Assembly: GCA_002794035.1 (NCBI GenBank)
Contig: PCXQ01000005.1
Coordinates: 83,669 to 147,668 of the forward strand
Reading direction: 5' to 3'
Source of the DNA: Candidatus Yanofskybacteria bacterium CG10_big_fil_rev_8_21_14_0_10_36_16
GTDB taxonomy: Bacteria; Patescibacteriota; Minisyncoccia; 2-02-FULL-40-12; IGHO2-01-FULL-4-A
DNA length: 64,000 bases
Shown: positions 8,892-19,276 of the stretch, piece after piece
How positions within the stretch are numbered: position 1 is the stretch's first letter
Layout: every line of letters begins with the position of its first letter
Made by a program: the position numbers and the translations under genes
Notes under the pieces: model-generated
Database searches by the model: none
What the model was told of the DNA's origin: nothing
The model's input: the letters and a program-made list of their open reading frames with translations, nothing else

Positions 8892-9929
8892 TCAAAGCGT
8901 ATCAAAATTGTCTTCAAAAAACTCTGCAGATCTTTCCATAAAATCAACAAAATTATTAATAAATTCATGAGGAGCTCCATTATATTCTACTAACTCTACC
9001 TGCTTACCCTCAGCCAAAAGCAAATCTCGCGTTTCATAGGACCACTCAAGATCACAACTTTCATCTTCCGTACCGTGGAATATTAAAACAGGTGTCTGAA
9101 CCCTGTTGAAAAATGTTCTGGGGGAAATATTTTTCCAAAATTCAGGGTCCTCGCTAGGCGTTCCGTGTTTAGACAACACTGCATCTAAATCACCTTCATT
9201 ATGAGACAACCACCTATTGTAGCTGTCCACCGCATCGCTGGAAACAGGTGCATATAAAACATAGGCATCTACCAAATCAGGGGCAACAACCATAACTCCC
9301 TGACTTATACCTCCACCCATGGAATGACCAAGCATACCAAACTTTTCTTTACTCAATGATTTTATGTCTGAATTTTTAACTGCATAAACAGCATTTATAA
9401 CATCTTCGATATACCCAATACGGACATTGGCTTCATTCTCCGCATCTTTATCTGATTGAGCATGATTGCGATAATCAGAATGCAAAATAGCATAACCTCT
9501 ACGAGCCAAATAGTCCTGTTCGCGCTTAAGCCCTCTTCCATTGGTATAAATAGAGGTATCAATATGTCCATGATTTAAAAACAAAACCGGCCAACCTCCT
9601 TCAGGTGGAGAACCTTTGGGAATATTCATTATACCGGAAATATTTAAATCCCCGCTTTTATAAGTTATAAAATAGCGAGTATAAAAATCATTATCGTCTA
9701 AAACCTCGCCCAACTTTAAATCCCGCCCATCGAATTTCTTTGCCATAAGTGAGGGCAAAGAGATAGGACCAACGTAACGCAACCTATCTTCATCTATTGC
9801 GGGACCTCCTTCGCGAGATACATCCGAAATTAAATTAATCCTACTTTCTCTTTCAAAAGCAAAAGCAAGTACCATTGGCACTAGCGTAATAACAGTTATT
9901 ATAAAAACCAAATAGTATCTCAATACCAT
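8892..9929 (-). CDS. Secreted alpha/beta hydrolase (S9 peptidase-like)
   Basis: GHSMGG nucleophile, FHGTEDE, PHEF. Confidence 0.85.
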   Translation of the reverse strand: MVLRYYLVFIITVITLVPMVLAFAFERESRINLISDVSREGGPAIDEDRLRYVGPISLPSLMAKKFDGRDLKLGEVLDDNDFYTRYFITYKSGDLNISGIMNIPKGSPPEGGWPVLFLNHGHIDTSIYTNGRGLKREQDYLARRGYAILHSDYRNHAQSDKDAENEANVRIGYIEDVINAVYAVKNSDIKSLSKEKFGMLGHSMGGGISQGVMVVAPDLVDAYVLYAPVSSDAVDSYNRWLSHNEGDLDAVLSKHGTPSEDPEFWKNISPRTFFNRVQTPVLIFHGTEDESCDLEWSYETRDLLLAEGKQVELVEYNGAPHEFINNFVDFMERSAEFFEDNFDTL

Positions 9930-9959
9930 CTTTTAATTATACCGTATTAAGAAAAAAAC

Positions 9960-11291
9960 TTATCCCAAGTAGAACTGTTCTGATATTATGTTTTGAGGCA
10001 AAACACCAAGTTTTGACAAATGGCTCTTAACGGAGTCCATCATGGGTACAGGACCGCAAATATATACTGTTTGAGATTTAATATCCGAAATATATTTTTT
10101 TATTTTGTTTTCGTCTACATATCCTTTTTCTCCTTCATAACTAGGATCGCCACTTAAAACATGGATTACTTTAGCATTATATCTCTGAGCCAAATCATCT
10201 ATTTCTTTCTTAAACAAAATGCTTTCTTCATCTTGATTAGCATACAAAAGAGTAACCTGCTTACCCTCAGCCAGCATTTTATCCATCAATGACCTAATAG
10301 GAGTTATACCGATACCTCCGGCTATCATAAGCACCTTATTGGAAACTCCATAAAAATCGGTAAATATGCCGTAAGGACCATCAATAAAAACACCGGTCCC
10401 TATTTTTAAATTTTTAATTTTAGAAGTAAAATCACCCAGCTCTTTAATTGTTATTCTTAATTCCGTGCCATTAGGTGCCATTGAAAGTGAAAATGGGTGA
10501 GCCTGCCACCAAAATCCTTTTGACAAAAATCTAAATATCATAAACTGGCCGGGCTGAATATCAAATTCTTTCAAATTTTTACCTCCTATATAAACTGAAA
10601 CCGCCTTGGAATTTTCTCTCACGATGTCTTTCACATAAAATCCGTGCTTCTTATATTTTAAAACAGGTCTTATAAATCTAAATGCTATATGGCTGGTAAA
10701 AACAGATGCATACAATAATATCCAATACCAATAAAAAATCTGGCTAGTTGTTAGGTCGTGTCCAATTTCAATCTGATGCCAAAAGGAGAAAAACATAGCT
10801 AGATAAACAATTAGATGCACAAAATACCAAGACTCGTACTTTAATCTTTTGCTAACTATATAAAGAGAGGAAACAACAGCAATAACAAATAAAACAAGAC
10901 CCAAAAAAGCCAACGCAACATAATCTAAAGCCAAAAACTGGTCAATCAAACCAGTATCTGACAAACCAGCATAGCCAAAAGAAATCAATATTGGATGAAC
11001 CAAAAGCAGAATTAGTCCTTTCTTGCCGTTTGAATGGTGAATACGTGAAAGGCCATCAAGCCCGAAATATCGTTCAAGCCATGGCATCCTCCCCATAAAA
11101 AAGAATTGCAGCAAAATCATATAAGCTGCCGAAAGGCCGGCTAACCGCCCGAAAGCAATACTAGTTTTTGCCCAGCCATCCAAAATATCTACACCAGAAC
11201 CGCTAAACCAAAAAACAAAGACAATAACCCAATTTGCCCACAAAAACCATAACCATAAATTTTGCTTACTTTGGTATTGTTTATTCAACAA
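9960..11291 (-). CDS. Ferric reductase-like transmembrane domain plus FAD/NAD(P)H-binding (FNR) domain
   Basis: TM His residues, PGQF, HPFSLS, DGPYG, IAGGIGITP, YICGP. Confidence 0.85.
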   Translation of the reverse strand: MLNKQYQSKQNLWLWFLWANWVIVFVFWFSGSGVDILDGWAKTSIAFGRLAGLSAAYMILLQFFFMGRMPWLERYFGLDGLSRIHHSNGKKGLILLLVHPILISFGYAGLSDTGLIDQFLALDYVALAFLGLVLFVIAVVSSLYIVSKRLKYESWYFVHLIVYLAMFFSFWHQIEIGHDLTTSQIFYWYWILLYASVFTSHIAFRFIRPVLKYKKHGFYVKDIVRENSKAVSVYIGGKNLKEFDIQPGQFMIFRFLSKGFWWQAHPFSLSMAPNGTELRITIKELGDFTSKIKNLKIGTGVFIDGPYGIFTDFYGVSNKVLMIAGGIGITPIRSLMDKMLAEGKQVTLLYANQDEESILFKKEIDDLAQRYNAKVIHVLSGDPSYEGEKGYVDENKIKKYISDIKSQTVYICGPVPMMDSVKSHLSKLGVLPQNIISEQFYLG

Positions 11292-11844
11292 CTAAGTTGC
11301 CTCTCATGCCTAGCTGACGATGAGAACCTACGGAACAATAATATTCAAAAGTACCTTTTTTGTCAGCAACAAACTCAACTTCAACTGTTTCACCAGTTTC
11401 TATTTGAGGAGTAGAGACATCAAATTCATCAATTACCCAGTCATGAAAACCACCTGTGTTAGTAAATACAATCTTAACCCTGTCACCTTCTTTAACTTTT
11501 ATTTCACCTAATGAGAATTTAAAATTTTCTCCTGAAATTTCAAAAACCTTAACTTCTCCTTGTGCTGAGTCTACCGAAGTGCCCTCTTCCATCATGGCAC
11601 CATCTTCAGTTGTATCGCCGGGTTCAGCTGATGGTGTTGCTTGCTCTCCTGTGACATCGCCATTTTCATTAACAGGTAAATTTTCATCATTTACCGAACT
11701 GCCTGTAAAAGCAAAAACGGCGGCAATAGCAGCAAGAACAACCAATACTGCAATAACCAGAATCTTGCTCTTTTTACTTCCTGACGCTGATGTTTTTTCA
11801 ACAGGGTCATTCATATTTTCATTTTGTGTATTTGTTTCTTCCAT
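11281..11844 (-). CDS. Membrane-anchored cupredoxin (type 1 copper)
   Basis: GFHDW...GTFEYYCSVGSHRQLGMRG; start taken as MEETN. Confidence 0.85.
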   Translation of the reverse strand: MEETNTQNENMNDPVEKTSASGSKKSKILVIAVLVVLAAIAAVFAFTGSSVNDENLPVNENGDVTGEQATPSAEPGDTTEDGAMMEEGTSVDSAQGEVKVFEISGENFKFSLGEIKVKEGDRVKIVFTNTGGFHDWVIDEFDVSTPQIETGETVEVEFVADKKGTFEYYCSVGSHRQLGMRGNLVVE

Positions 11845-11986
11845 AAAAAAATAATCATTTTTACTGTTGTCTATAAAATAAAATATAGGCAACATTAAAA
11901 ATCATTATAATAATTATTAAGTATTTAATATAACAATAGCTTTTTCAACATTGACAAATAAATTAAAAAGTCGATCTAAAAGCAAG

Positions 11987-13231
11987 TTACTCATACCTTA
12001 GCGCTTCAATAGGACTCTTTTTAGCTGCTTGGCGGGCTGGGTAAATGCCAAATACTAAACCCACCAATGCCGAAACACCCAGACCCAAGGCAGCAGCTGA
12101 TACAGGAAATGTAAACGCCCAATTTAAATCATACACTCTAGTTAAAACAATTGATGCTATCATCGAAAATGTTGCACCAAGAATTATTCCTATTATTCCC
12201 CCTAAAGCAGTGAGGGTTACGGCTTCAAATAAAAACTGTGAAATAATATCTTTATCTGTTGCGCCAATTGCTTTTCTAAGACCTATCTCGCGAGTTCTTT
12301 CTGTAACTGAAACTAACATTATATTCATCACGCCTATTCCTCCCACGACAAGAGCAATCGCGACAACAGACGAAAGAAATATGGTTAAAGCTCCGATAAT
12401 AGTCTGGACCTGTTTAACTATGCCTTCTTGCGTTACAACAAAAAAGTCATCATCGTCTGGGTTGGTAATGTTATGCACCTCGCGCAAGGTCAGCTCTATG
12501 TCTCTAACTGTTCGGGCAACATTAGCTGGATCATCAACCTTAGTAATAATTTCGTGATAATAATCTATACCCAAAAGATAAAGCTGAGCCGTGGTGTATG
12601 GCACTAAAACCAAATCATCAATATTAAAGAATGCAACTTGCCCTCTCTCCTGAAATACCCCTACGACTCTGAATTTTCTACCCTTTATGTTTATGTTTTC
12701 TCCTACCGCATCTGAAAAGCCAAATAATTCCTCGGCAACCTTTGAACCAATAACTGCGACACTAGCATTCTGTTTAATATCAGCATCATTATATGCGACA
12801 CCTTTCTCAACATAAGCATCAAAAGTGTCGCTAAAGAAATCCACAGAAGCACCGAGTATTGTGGGCCGATAAGTTTCACCTTCATAGGATACCGCGCCTG
12901 GAACAATGAGTGCAGGCATAATCCTAACAAGATGTGGCACATTGCTTTTTCGTGAAAGCGCTTCAACATCTCTTTCTTTCAAAGAATCGGCAAAGAGAGT
13001 CTCCCCAAAATCAGAGGGACCCGAAGGTTCCCTGCCGGGCCTAACCACAACAGTTTCCGCACCAAGACCGCCTATTTCATCTAAAATAAGATTCTCGGCA
13101 CCTTGGCCAATAGACATCATTAAAATTATTGCCGTAATGCCAATAACAATACCCAAAATAGTTAGGGCCGATCTTGATTTGTTTGTTTTAAGACCGTTAA
13201 GGGCCGTTTTAAAACTGTCTTGTATGGTCAT
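11987..13231 (-). CDS. MacB-family ABC permease
   Basis: RSALTILGIVIG, VGGIGVMNIMLVSVTERTREIGLRKAIGA, PIEALRYE. Confidence 0.9.
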   Translation of the reverse strand: MTIQDSFKTALNGLKTNKSRSALTILGIVIGITAIILMMSIGQGAENLILDEIGGLGAETVVVRPGREPSGPSDFGETLFADSLKERDVEALSRKSNVPHLVRIMPALIVPGAVSYEGETYRPTILGASVDFFSDTFDAYVEKGVAYNDADIKQNASVAVIGSKVAEELFGFSDAVGENINIKGRKFRVVGVFQERGQVAFFNIDDLVLVPYTTAQLYLLGIDYYHEIITKVDDPANVARTVRDIELTLREVHNITNPDDDDFFVVTQEGIVKQVQTIIGALTIFLSSVVAIALVVGGIGVMNIMLVSVTERTREIGLRKAIGATDKDIISQFLFEAVTLTALGGIIGIILGATFSMIASIVLTRVYDLNWAFTFPVSAAALGLGVSALVGLVFGIYPARQAAKKSPIEALRYE

Positions 13232-13400
13232 TTTTTAAATTTTTAATTTCTCTCCCTGTGGGAGATCTGCCGTAGGCATGATAATTTTTAATTTTCACTT
13301 AATTCCTAATATTTAATTTATAAACAAAATATATACAGCTACAGATTTTAAATTGTAAATTAAAAATTATTTAAAAATTGTAAAATTGAAAATTGAAAAT
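13232..13400. repeat. AT-rich heptamer-armed inverted repeat with a nested double hairpin
   Basis: AATTTTT-like units on the left and AAAATTG-like units on the right; TCTCCC-TGT-GGGAGA-TCTGCC-GTA-GGCA at 13251-13278. Confidence 0.5.
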
Positions 13401-14129
13401 TTACTTACGAAATCCATCATGCGCTCTATGTCTTCTATTAACTTTTTCATCACTTTCAATTACCCCATCCAAAAAACGGATAATTCTCTGGCTATATTCT
13501 GCTGTATATGTCTCGTGAGTAATCAAAATAATCGTATGCCCCTTTTTTTCGTTTAAATCTTCAATAATCTCCATAATCGCCTGACCTGATTTTGAATCAA
13601 GATTTCCTGTGGGTTCATCAGCAAATATAATCTCTGGATTATTTACCAGTGCCCTAGCGATAGCAACTCTTTGTTTTTCTCCTCCTGATAACTGGGATGA
13701 TTCATGATAAATCCTATGTGAAAGCCCCACCGACTCTATGGCTTCAAGGACTATTTTTTTTCTATCAAATTTACTGACATTGGAATAAAGCAACGGCAAC
13801 ATAACATTATCTAATACCGTCGTACGAGGAAGCAAATTGAACTGCTGAAATATAAAACCCATTTTTTCATTTCTTAAACGAGCAATTTCATCTTTTGTGT
13901 AATCGTCCATGCTTTTACCATCAAGCTTGTAAATACCCTTGGTATGTCTATCTAAAAAACCAAGCACATGGAGCAATGTTGATTTGCCTGAACCTGAAGG
14001 GCCCATAATAGCAACAAACTCTCCTTTTTTAATATTAAAAGACACGCCTCGCAAAGCAGGCGTTTCAACATCTTCGTTATAATAAGTTTTTTCTAAATTT
14101 TTAACCTCTATCATAACATCGTCTTCCAT
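13401..14129 (-). CDS. ABC transporter ATP-binding protein (MacB/LolD type)
   Basis: [32 protein letters not shown]. Confidence 0.92.
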   Translation of the reverse strand: MEDDVMIEVKNLEKTYYNEDVETPALRGVSFNIKKGEFVAIMGPSGSGKSTLLHVLGFLDRHTKGIYKLDGKSMDDYTKDEIARLRNEKMGFIFQQFNLLPRTTVLDNVMLPLLYSNVSKFDRKKIVLEAIESVGLSHRIYHESSQLSGGEKQRVAIARALVNNPEIIFADEPTGNLDSKSGQAIMEIIEDLNEKKGHTIILITHETYTAEYSQRIIRFLDGVIESDEKVNRRHRAHDGFRK

Positions 14130-14162
14130 TGCTGCACATTATGATACGCAACAATCTTATCT

Positions 14163-15746
14163 CTATTCTTCAATGAATGTAACAACTTTATCTCCCTCCA
14201 CTACCCCACTTACAATTTCAATGTTACCATCAGAACCCCTAAGTCCTGTTTTTACACCAACTTCTATTAAATTAACCCCATGTAGTAATCTTACAAATTG
14301 ATCGCCATTACGCCTAATAACAGCCCTTAAAGGAACCGTAATCACATTATCTCTCCTATCGCTTTTTATATCTATGTTGGCGGTCATACCCGGTCGTATC
14401 ATTCCTTGTTCATCTACAAATTCAAGGGTGACCTTATATGTGGCAACACCTTCAATTATAGTTTCCGCCGGATCAATCGCCACAACCTCTGCTTCAAAAA
14501 CAACATCTCGGCCATAGGCATCAAGAGTAAACTCCGCCTTATCTTCAAGCTCAACTTTTGGTATGTCTACCTCTGTAACATTTGTCTCAATCTGAAGATT
14601 TGATTCTGATATTAAAGAAATTATTATGTCGTTTGATGTAATCGTCTCTCCTTCCTCTACTTCAATTGCTGTAACTATACCCGAAAAAGGAGCTCTAACT
14701 ATGCGTTTATTAAGCTGTGCTCTGCTTGCCAAGAGGTTGGCTTCTGCCTGCTTAACAGATGCCTCCTTTTTTAAGATGTCCTCTTCGGTAGGAAAGGCAG
14801 ATTCAGCAGAAGCTAACTTTGATTCTGCATCTGATATATTTTTATCATTAGTAATTTTTTGAGAATCAATGGCATGCATCACGTTGATAACATCTGCAAG
14901 ATCAGAAGATACCGCGGCAGCCTCAGCGCTTACGCTTACTCTGTCAGCAGATGAAACTTTTGATAAATTGCCCTTAATTACTTCTTGAAGAACTGAGTAT
15001 GCACTTTTAAGAGAGCTCAAAGCCACTCTTAATTGACCCAAGGCAGTATCTACGTTTTCACTTGAATCATCTAGGTTAGCAGCTGCAACATAATCGTCTG
15101 CACCGGACCTATTATATAGATCTGCCCCATAAAGAATAATTTCTGCCGAGTCCTCCGCCAATTGAACACTCCTTGAATCAGCATCTGAGCCGTCAAAATA
15201 TGTAATTCTTATATTTTTAAATATTGAGAATGAGGAATCGGCCTGAACCATGCCATTGTTCATTGAATTAAATCCGTCATTGTATACTTCAGCAAGAGCG
15301 TCTTCTGCTTGTTTTTTTACATTTTCAAGATTTGATTCTGCGTTTTCAAGTTCCGTCCTTAAAGAAGTTGCTACTGTAGAATCCTCAAGAGAATTTAAAT
15401 TTTTAATGGCTTGAGAAAGGTCGGCTTCAGCTGAATCAAGAGCTGCCTCTTTTTCTAATATTTGCGCAGAAATTTCTGTCACATCTAAAGATGCCAAAAC
15501 AATACCAGAAGAAACGTTATCTCCTACATCTACTTTTATAGATTCCACTCTGCCGGAGTTTTCAAAATGAAGATCGACTTCCTGAACGGGCCTTACTGTT
15601 CCGCTAACACTGACTTCTTGAACTACGCTTCCGCGAGATGCAACCACGAATTGATATGGAGATTTTTCTCCCCTCGACAACACAAAAACAACAGCAACAA
15701 TAACAGCCGCCGCAACTATCAAACCAATTTTTATTTTATTAGACAT
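14163..15746 (-). CDS. MacA-like membrane fusion (adaptor) protein
   Basis: N-terminal anchor, lipoyl-like halves, long coiled coil, APFSGIV, IRPGMTA. Confidence 0.85.
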   Translation of the reverse strand: MSNKIKIGLIVAAAVIVAVVFVLSRGEKSPYQFVVASRGSVVQEVSVSGTVRPVQEVDLHFENSGRVESIKVDVGDNVSSGIVLASLDVTEISAQILEKEAALDSAEADLSQAIKNLNSLEDSTVATSLRTELENAESNLENVKKQAEDALAEVYNDGFNSMNNGMVQADSSFSIFKNIRITYFDGSDADSRSVQLAEDSAEIILYGADLYNRSGADDYVAAANLDDSSENVDTALGQLRVALSSLKSAYSVLQEVIKGNLSKVSSADRVSVSAEAAAVSSDLADVINVMHAIDSQKITNDKNISDAESKLASAESAFPTEEDILKKEASVKQAEANLLASRAQLNKRIVRAPFSGIVTAIEVEEGETITSNDIIISLISESNLQIETNVTEVDIPKVELEDKAEFTLDAYGRDVVFEAEVVAIDPAETIIEGVATYKVTLEFVDEQGMIRPGMTANIDIKSDRRDNVITVPLRAVIRRNGDQFVRLLHGVNLIEVGVKTGLRGSDGNIEIVSGVVEGDKVVTFIEE

Positions 15747-15774
15747 TTATTTTATTATAACACAGTTACTATTA

Positions 15775-16566
15775 TCATTTTTCAACTACTATAAAGTTTT
15801 TCTGAACTCCTATAATAGGTTCGTGTTCGCCTGTGGTATAATCTCTTATAGCATTAAAGAATATATGCCTATCGTAACGATATTCCTCACCATGGCGGGT
15901 ACCGGGATCATTTGTTATAAACTCCTCAGTATTATAATCATAACCAATAACTACCAACATGTGTCTTTCCGGCCCCGGAGATGTAAAATAAGGGTTACCA
16001 AGCAATTGTCCATTCATAGGACTAATAATTATATTACCGTCTTCAAGTTCCCTTATAAGATCATCTAATTTAACATTTTTAACCAAGCGCACATTGTGAT
16101 ACTTAAAGTATCCCTTTATTATTCTCTCGATAGTGTCTTCTGCGGAAGTATCTTGGAAACTTCCGTAATTTTCTTTTTCCCAGTCAGATACTGCTAAAAT
16201 TTTATTTAAAGCCTCATCCAAATTAAAATTTTCTCCCCTTGCCCAACTCACAGCCATTAAAACCGAAGACTCTTCGCAAGCATCCTGTTGTCTTTGGTCA
16301 GACCATTCACCAAATGGGGCCTGGGGTGTAAAAGGAACATTTTGCATTAAAACTGAACCTGGCTCAGGTGTCGGCGTTGGCACAGGAGTAAACATAGACG
16401 TAATCCTTGGCGTGATAAATACTGGGGTAAGCTGAGGATTAACCGATGGAGTTAGAGCAACTTTTTGGTCATCAACATTAACATTAAAACTGATATACAA
16501 AAAATACCCCGCAAGTGCGGGCAATAAAATAATCAATAGAATTTTTATTACTTTCTTATTCTTCAT
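15775..16566 (-). CDS. C39-like peptidase
   Basis: VPFTPQAPFGEW, DACEE, HMLVVIGY, NDPG. Confidence 0.8.
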   Translation of the reverse strand: MKNKKVIKILLIILLPALAGYFLYISFNVNVDDQKVALTPSVNPQLTPVFITPRITSMFTPVPTPTPEPGSVLMQNVPFTPQAPFGEWSDQRQQDACEESSVLMAVSWARGENFNLDEALNKILAVSDWEKENYGSFQDTSAEDTIERIIKGYFKYHNVRLVKNVKLDDLIRELEDGNIIISPMNGQLLGNPYFTSPGPERHMLVVIGYDYNTEEFITNDPGTRHGEEYRYDRHIFFNAIRDYTTGEHEPIIGVQKNFIVVEK

Positions 16567-16576
16567 AATCTAAATC

Positions 16577-16987
16577 TTACTTATTTGAACCCCATTGCCA
16601 CTTAGGTTTTTCACCCTTTTTAATACAAATCTTTATTAAAGCGACAGTTAAAAGAGTGACAGGGATAACGAATGTAAACATTACTTCGCTTCTAGGAGAA
16701 TCGGAATCAAGAGTAAGTCCGAAAAATAAAACTGCAACAATATAAACAACTGTGACAATCCAGCCTTCGCGCGAAACTGGAGTCCAGCCCCAGCCAAATA
16801 GTTTTCTCTTAAACCAAAGATGTTTAGGATTATCTTTAATATAAGCCATATAAGGCTTCCCCAAAAACACAGTTAACAGGGCAGCAAAAACAGCTATGCC
16901 AACAGCAAAATTGCCCGATAAAACACTGGCAATAAATCCCGCAATAACAAAATATGCAACTGTTTTAAAATCAATTGGGTATTTCAT
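16577..16987 (-). CDS. Hypothetical membrane protein
   Basis: TM helices; WFKRKLFGWGWTP and GEKPKWQWG motifs. Confidence 0.7.
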   Translation of the reverse strand: MKYPIDFKTVAYFVIAGFIASVLSGNFAVGIAVFAALLTVFLGKPYMAYIKDNPKHLWFKRKLFGWGWTPVSREGWIVTVVYIVAVLFFGLTLDSDSPRSEVMFTFVIPVTLLTVALIKICIKKGEKPKWQWGSNK

Positions 16988-17027
16988 TGATTAAAACTAA
17001 ATATTTTTTATGAAACTTTTATGATAA

Positions 17028-17345
17028 TTAAAAACTTAACAATAGAAGCAATGCCACGGCTATTAAAGCAAACAAAAGTCCAAGAGTATGAGAAAGAAGC
17101 GAAAGAGCTTCCTTTTTAAATCCGTCTAGATACCACATTACAGACTTGCCAAACACAAGCCATCCTGTAATTGCCGCGGAAAGAACAAAAAGAAGAAGCA
17201 TGAGTATCGGCGCAAATACGGTGTCTGGACCCTTATCAAAATTAAGAATTCGAGGAGCATAAAACATAAAAGATGCCACCAATATGACATAGCCGGCAGT
17301 TAAGAGAGTATTAATTAAAGCTGTCTTTACTATTTTATTTTTCAT
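17028..17345 (-). CDS. Hypothetical 3-TM protein
   Basis: Hydrophobic ORF, LLLFVLSAAITGWLVFG. Confidence 0.7.
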   Translation of the reverse strand: MKNKIVKTALINTLLTAGYVILVASFMFYAPRILNFDKGPDTVFAPILMLLLFVLSAAITGWLVFGKSVMWYLDGFKKEALSLLSHTLGLLFALIAVALLLLLSF

Positions 17346-17392
17346 ATATTTAAGATACCCCGAATTGGACCAAAAAACAACCTATTGCATAT

Positions 17393-17424
17393 AAAAACAG
17401 CCCCGCCAAGGCGGGGCTGTTTTT
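17393..17424. terminator. REP-like palindrome / terminator (CAGCCCCGC family)
   Basis: AAAAACAGCCCCGCC-AA-GGCGGGGCTGTTTTT; near copies at 43756, 45541 and 53680. Confidence 0.7.
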
Positions 17425-18485
17425 TATCCAAATGTAAACGTATATAATCGGGCACTCGGATCTTCTATTATTAGCTCCAACACGTGCTCTCCTTTTTCAG
17501 GCAAATCAACCAGCTCATATAATTGGCTAGACTTAACTGTAACCTCTTTTGTTTCCTTGCCATCAATAAAAACTTTTATATTCACCGGCTCATCAGACTC
17601 GGCAACTAAATTTACTTTTCGTGCCTTAAATTTAAATATTACTTTTGCTCCTGCATTTTGATTTTCTGCATACTCTTTTTGAACATACCACGAACCATCT
17701 AGATAAAGATTGTTAAGCTTGGGGTCTGTCGGACCTTTTAGATTTTGATGTCCTGTTTGTTTCTGAACACCATTCGCCAAAAGCTCATTTCTAAATGCGC
17801 CAAAATATACCTCGGGGCTGTCGGGCCTTACAGACACATCCTCTACGCCCTTGGGATCAGCCGTGTCCTTATCAATGCCTCCCGACTCGCCAAGAACAAT
17901 TTTTCTTTCCATTAAAAGTTCTCTGATTTTTTGTTCTGTTTCCTCATATGCTCCTTCTCCTATGTGATCGTAAACGATAAACCCATCAATATCTATAAGG
18001 TATTTGCGGGGCCAATATCGATTGCTATAAGCTCGCCAAGTTGAATAATTGTTATCTTGAACCACGGGGTATTCAATACCAAACTTTTCAGTAGCTTCTA
18101 GAACATTTTCGTATTTTTTCTCAAACTCAAATTCAGGCGTGTGAACACCCACTATCAAAAGGCCGTCATCCTCATATTTATCCCACCAAGCATTAAGATA
18201 AGGCGTGGTTCTCTGGCAATTTATACAGCTATAAGTCCAAAAATCAATTAGTATTACTTTCTTTCCTATATAATCAGCAATTTTAAACGGCTCTGAATTT
18301 ATAAAGCCCTGAGTACCAACAAGTTCCTTAGCAGGTTCATATTTCTCTGTCTTCTCTTCTTTAGATTGTATTTCTATATCAGCATCATCAATACTAATTT
18401 GATCCGGTCTCTGCGACTCAAAGTAAAAAATAGTACCAACAATACCAACAACGACCAAAATTAAAATTATATTTTTTATTTTCAT
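17424..18485 (-). CDS. DipZ-like thioredoxin-fold protein
   Basis: DFWTYSCINC, GVHTPEF, WPRKYLID, YDHIGEG, LYTFTFG. Confidence 0.88.
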   Translation of the reverse strand: MKIKNIILILVVVGIVGTIFYFESQRPDQISIDDADIEIQSKEEKTEKYEPAKELVGTQGFINSEPFKIADYIGKKVILIDFWTYSCINCQRTTPYLNAWWDKYEDDGLLIVGVHTPEFEFEKKYENVLEATEKFGIEYPVVQDNNYSTWRAYSNRYWPRKYLIDIDGFIVYDHIGEGAYEETEQKIRELLMERKIVLGESGGIDKDTADPKGVEDVSVRPDSPEVYFGAFRNELLANGVQKQTGHQNLKGPTDPKLNNLYLDGSWYVQKEYAENQNAGAKVIFKFKARKVNLVAESDEPVNIKVFIDGKETKEVTVKSSQLYELVDLPEKGEHVLELIIEDPSARLYTFTFG

Positions 18486-18507
18486 TTGCGTCGAAGGTTC
18501 AAATTAA

Positions 18508-19215
18508 TTATTCCAATAAGAATCTATTAAGTATTTCCAAATTAGCAATCCTGCTTAAGTTTTGAGTAAATGCCAAAACTCCCAAAGCAATCAAAATGAC
18601 TCCGAACACTTTTGTTGCATATGAAAGCTGAACTGCATATTTTGTAATAAATGTTGAAGCGCGTGAAGCAAAGAGGCCGACAACCAAAAATGGCAATCCC
18701 AACCCGAGAGAATAGCTAAACAACAAATAAAGTGCTGAGCCCGGCTGAGTTGCAGCAAGGCCTAATATACCTCCCAAAACTGCACCGACGCACGGTGTCC
18801 ACCCCGCAGCAAATGCAGATCCAAAAAGAAATGAGGTTAAATATCTAGAGTTGAATTTTTTGGTAACATGAGGCTTAAATTCTCTTTCCAAAAATGGGAT
18901 CCTAATAAGACCAGTCAAATACAAACCAAAAAATATTATTATTCCTCCGCCTATTCTTGCCAGCCAAATCTGAGCATCATAAGCAACAGCTTCTAAAACT
19001 GTATTCAGCAACACTCCAAGAACTGAAAACACAGCAGAAAAACCAAGAACAAAGAAAAGGCTGTTTAAAAATATTTCTTTGCGGTTAACCTTTCCGGGTT
19101 CAAGAGAAGAACCAGCCAGATAAGCCAAAAATCCGGGAATTATTGGCAAAACACAAGGCGAAAGAAATGAGACCAACCCTGCAACAAAAGCAAAAATTAT
19201 TCCAATGTCTACCAT
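18508..19215 (-). CDS. ccdA: CcdA/DsbD-family transmembrane thiol-disulfide transporter
   Basis: AGLVSFLSPCVLP and GWTPCVG. Confidence 0.88.
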   Translation of the reverse strand: MVDIGIIFAFVAGLVSFLSPCVLPIIPGFLAYLAGSSLEPGKVNRKEIFLNSLFFVLGFSAVFSVLGVLLNTVLEAVAYDAQIWLARIGGGIIIFFGLYLTGLIRIPFLEREFKPHVTKKFNSRYLTSFLFGSAFAAGWTPCVGAVLGGILGLAATQPGSALYLLFSYSLGLGLPFLVVGLFASRASTFITKYAVQLSYATKVFGVILIALGVLAFTQNLSRIANLEILNRFLLE

Positions 19216-19276
19216 GAGATAACTTACATATCAGACATTTATAGATTTAAATGTTCTGATGTGTAAAATTTAAAAT

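Noticed and set aside
18508-19215. ccdA as proof of cytochrome c maturation for Cyc2
   Set aside because: CcdA with DipZ/thioredoxin is a general disulfide-reduction module; no CcsA/CcsB or Ccm heme lyase in the window
19226-19266. Inverted repeat TTACATATCAGA...TCTGATGTGTAA between thioredoxin and ccdA
   Set aside because: Single clear copy, no U-tract; cannot tell an mRNA-stabilising hairpin from a repeat scar
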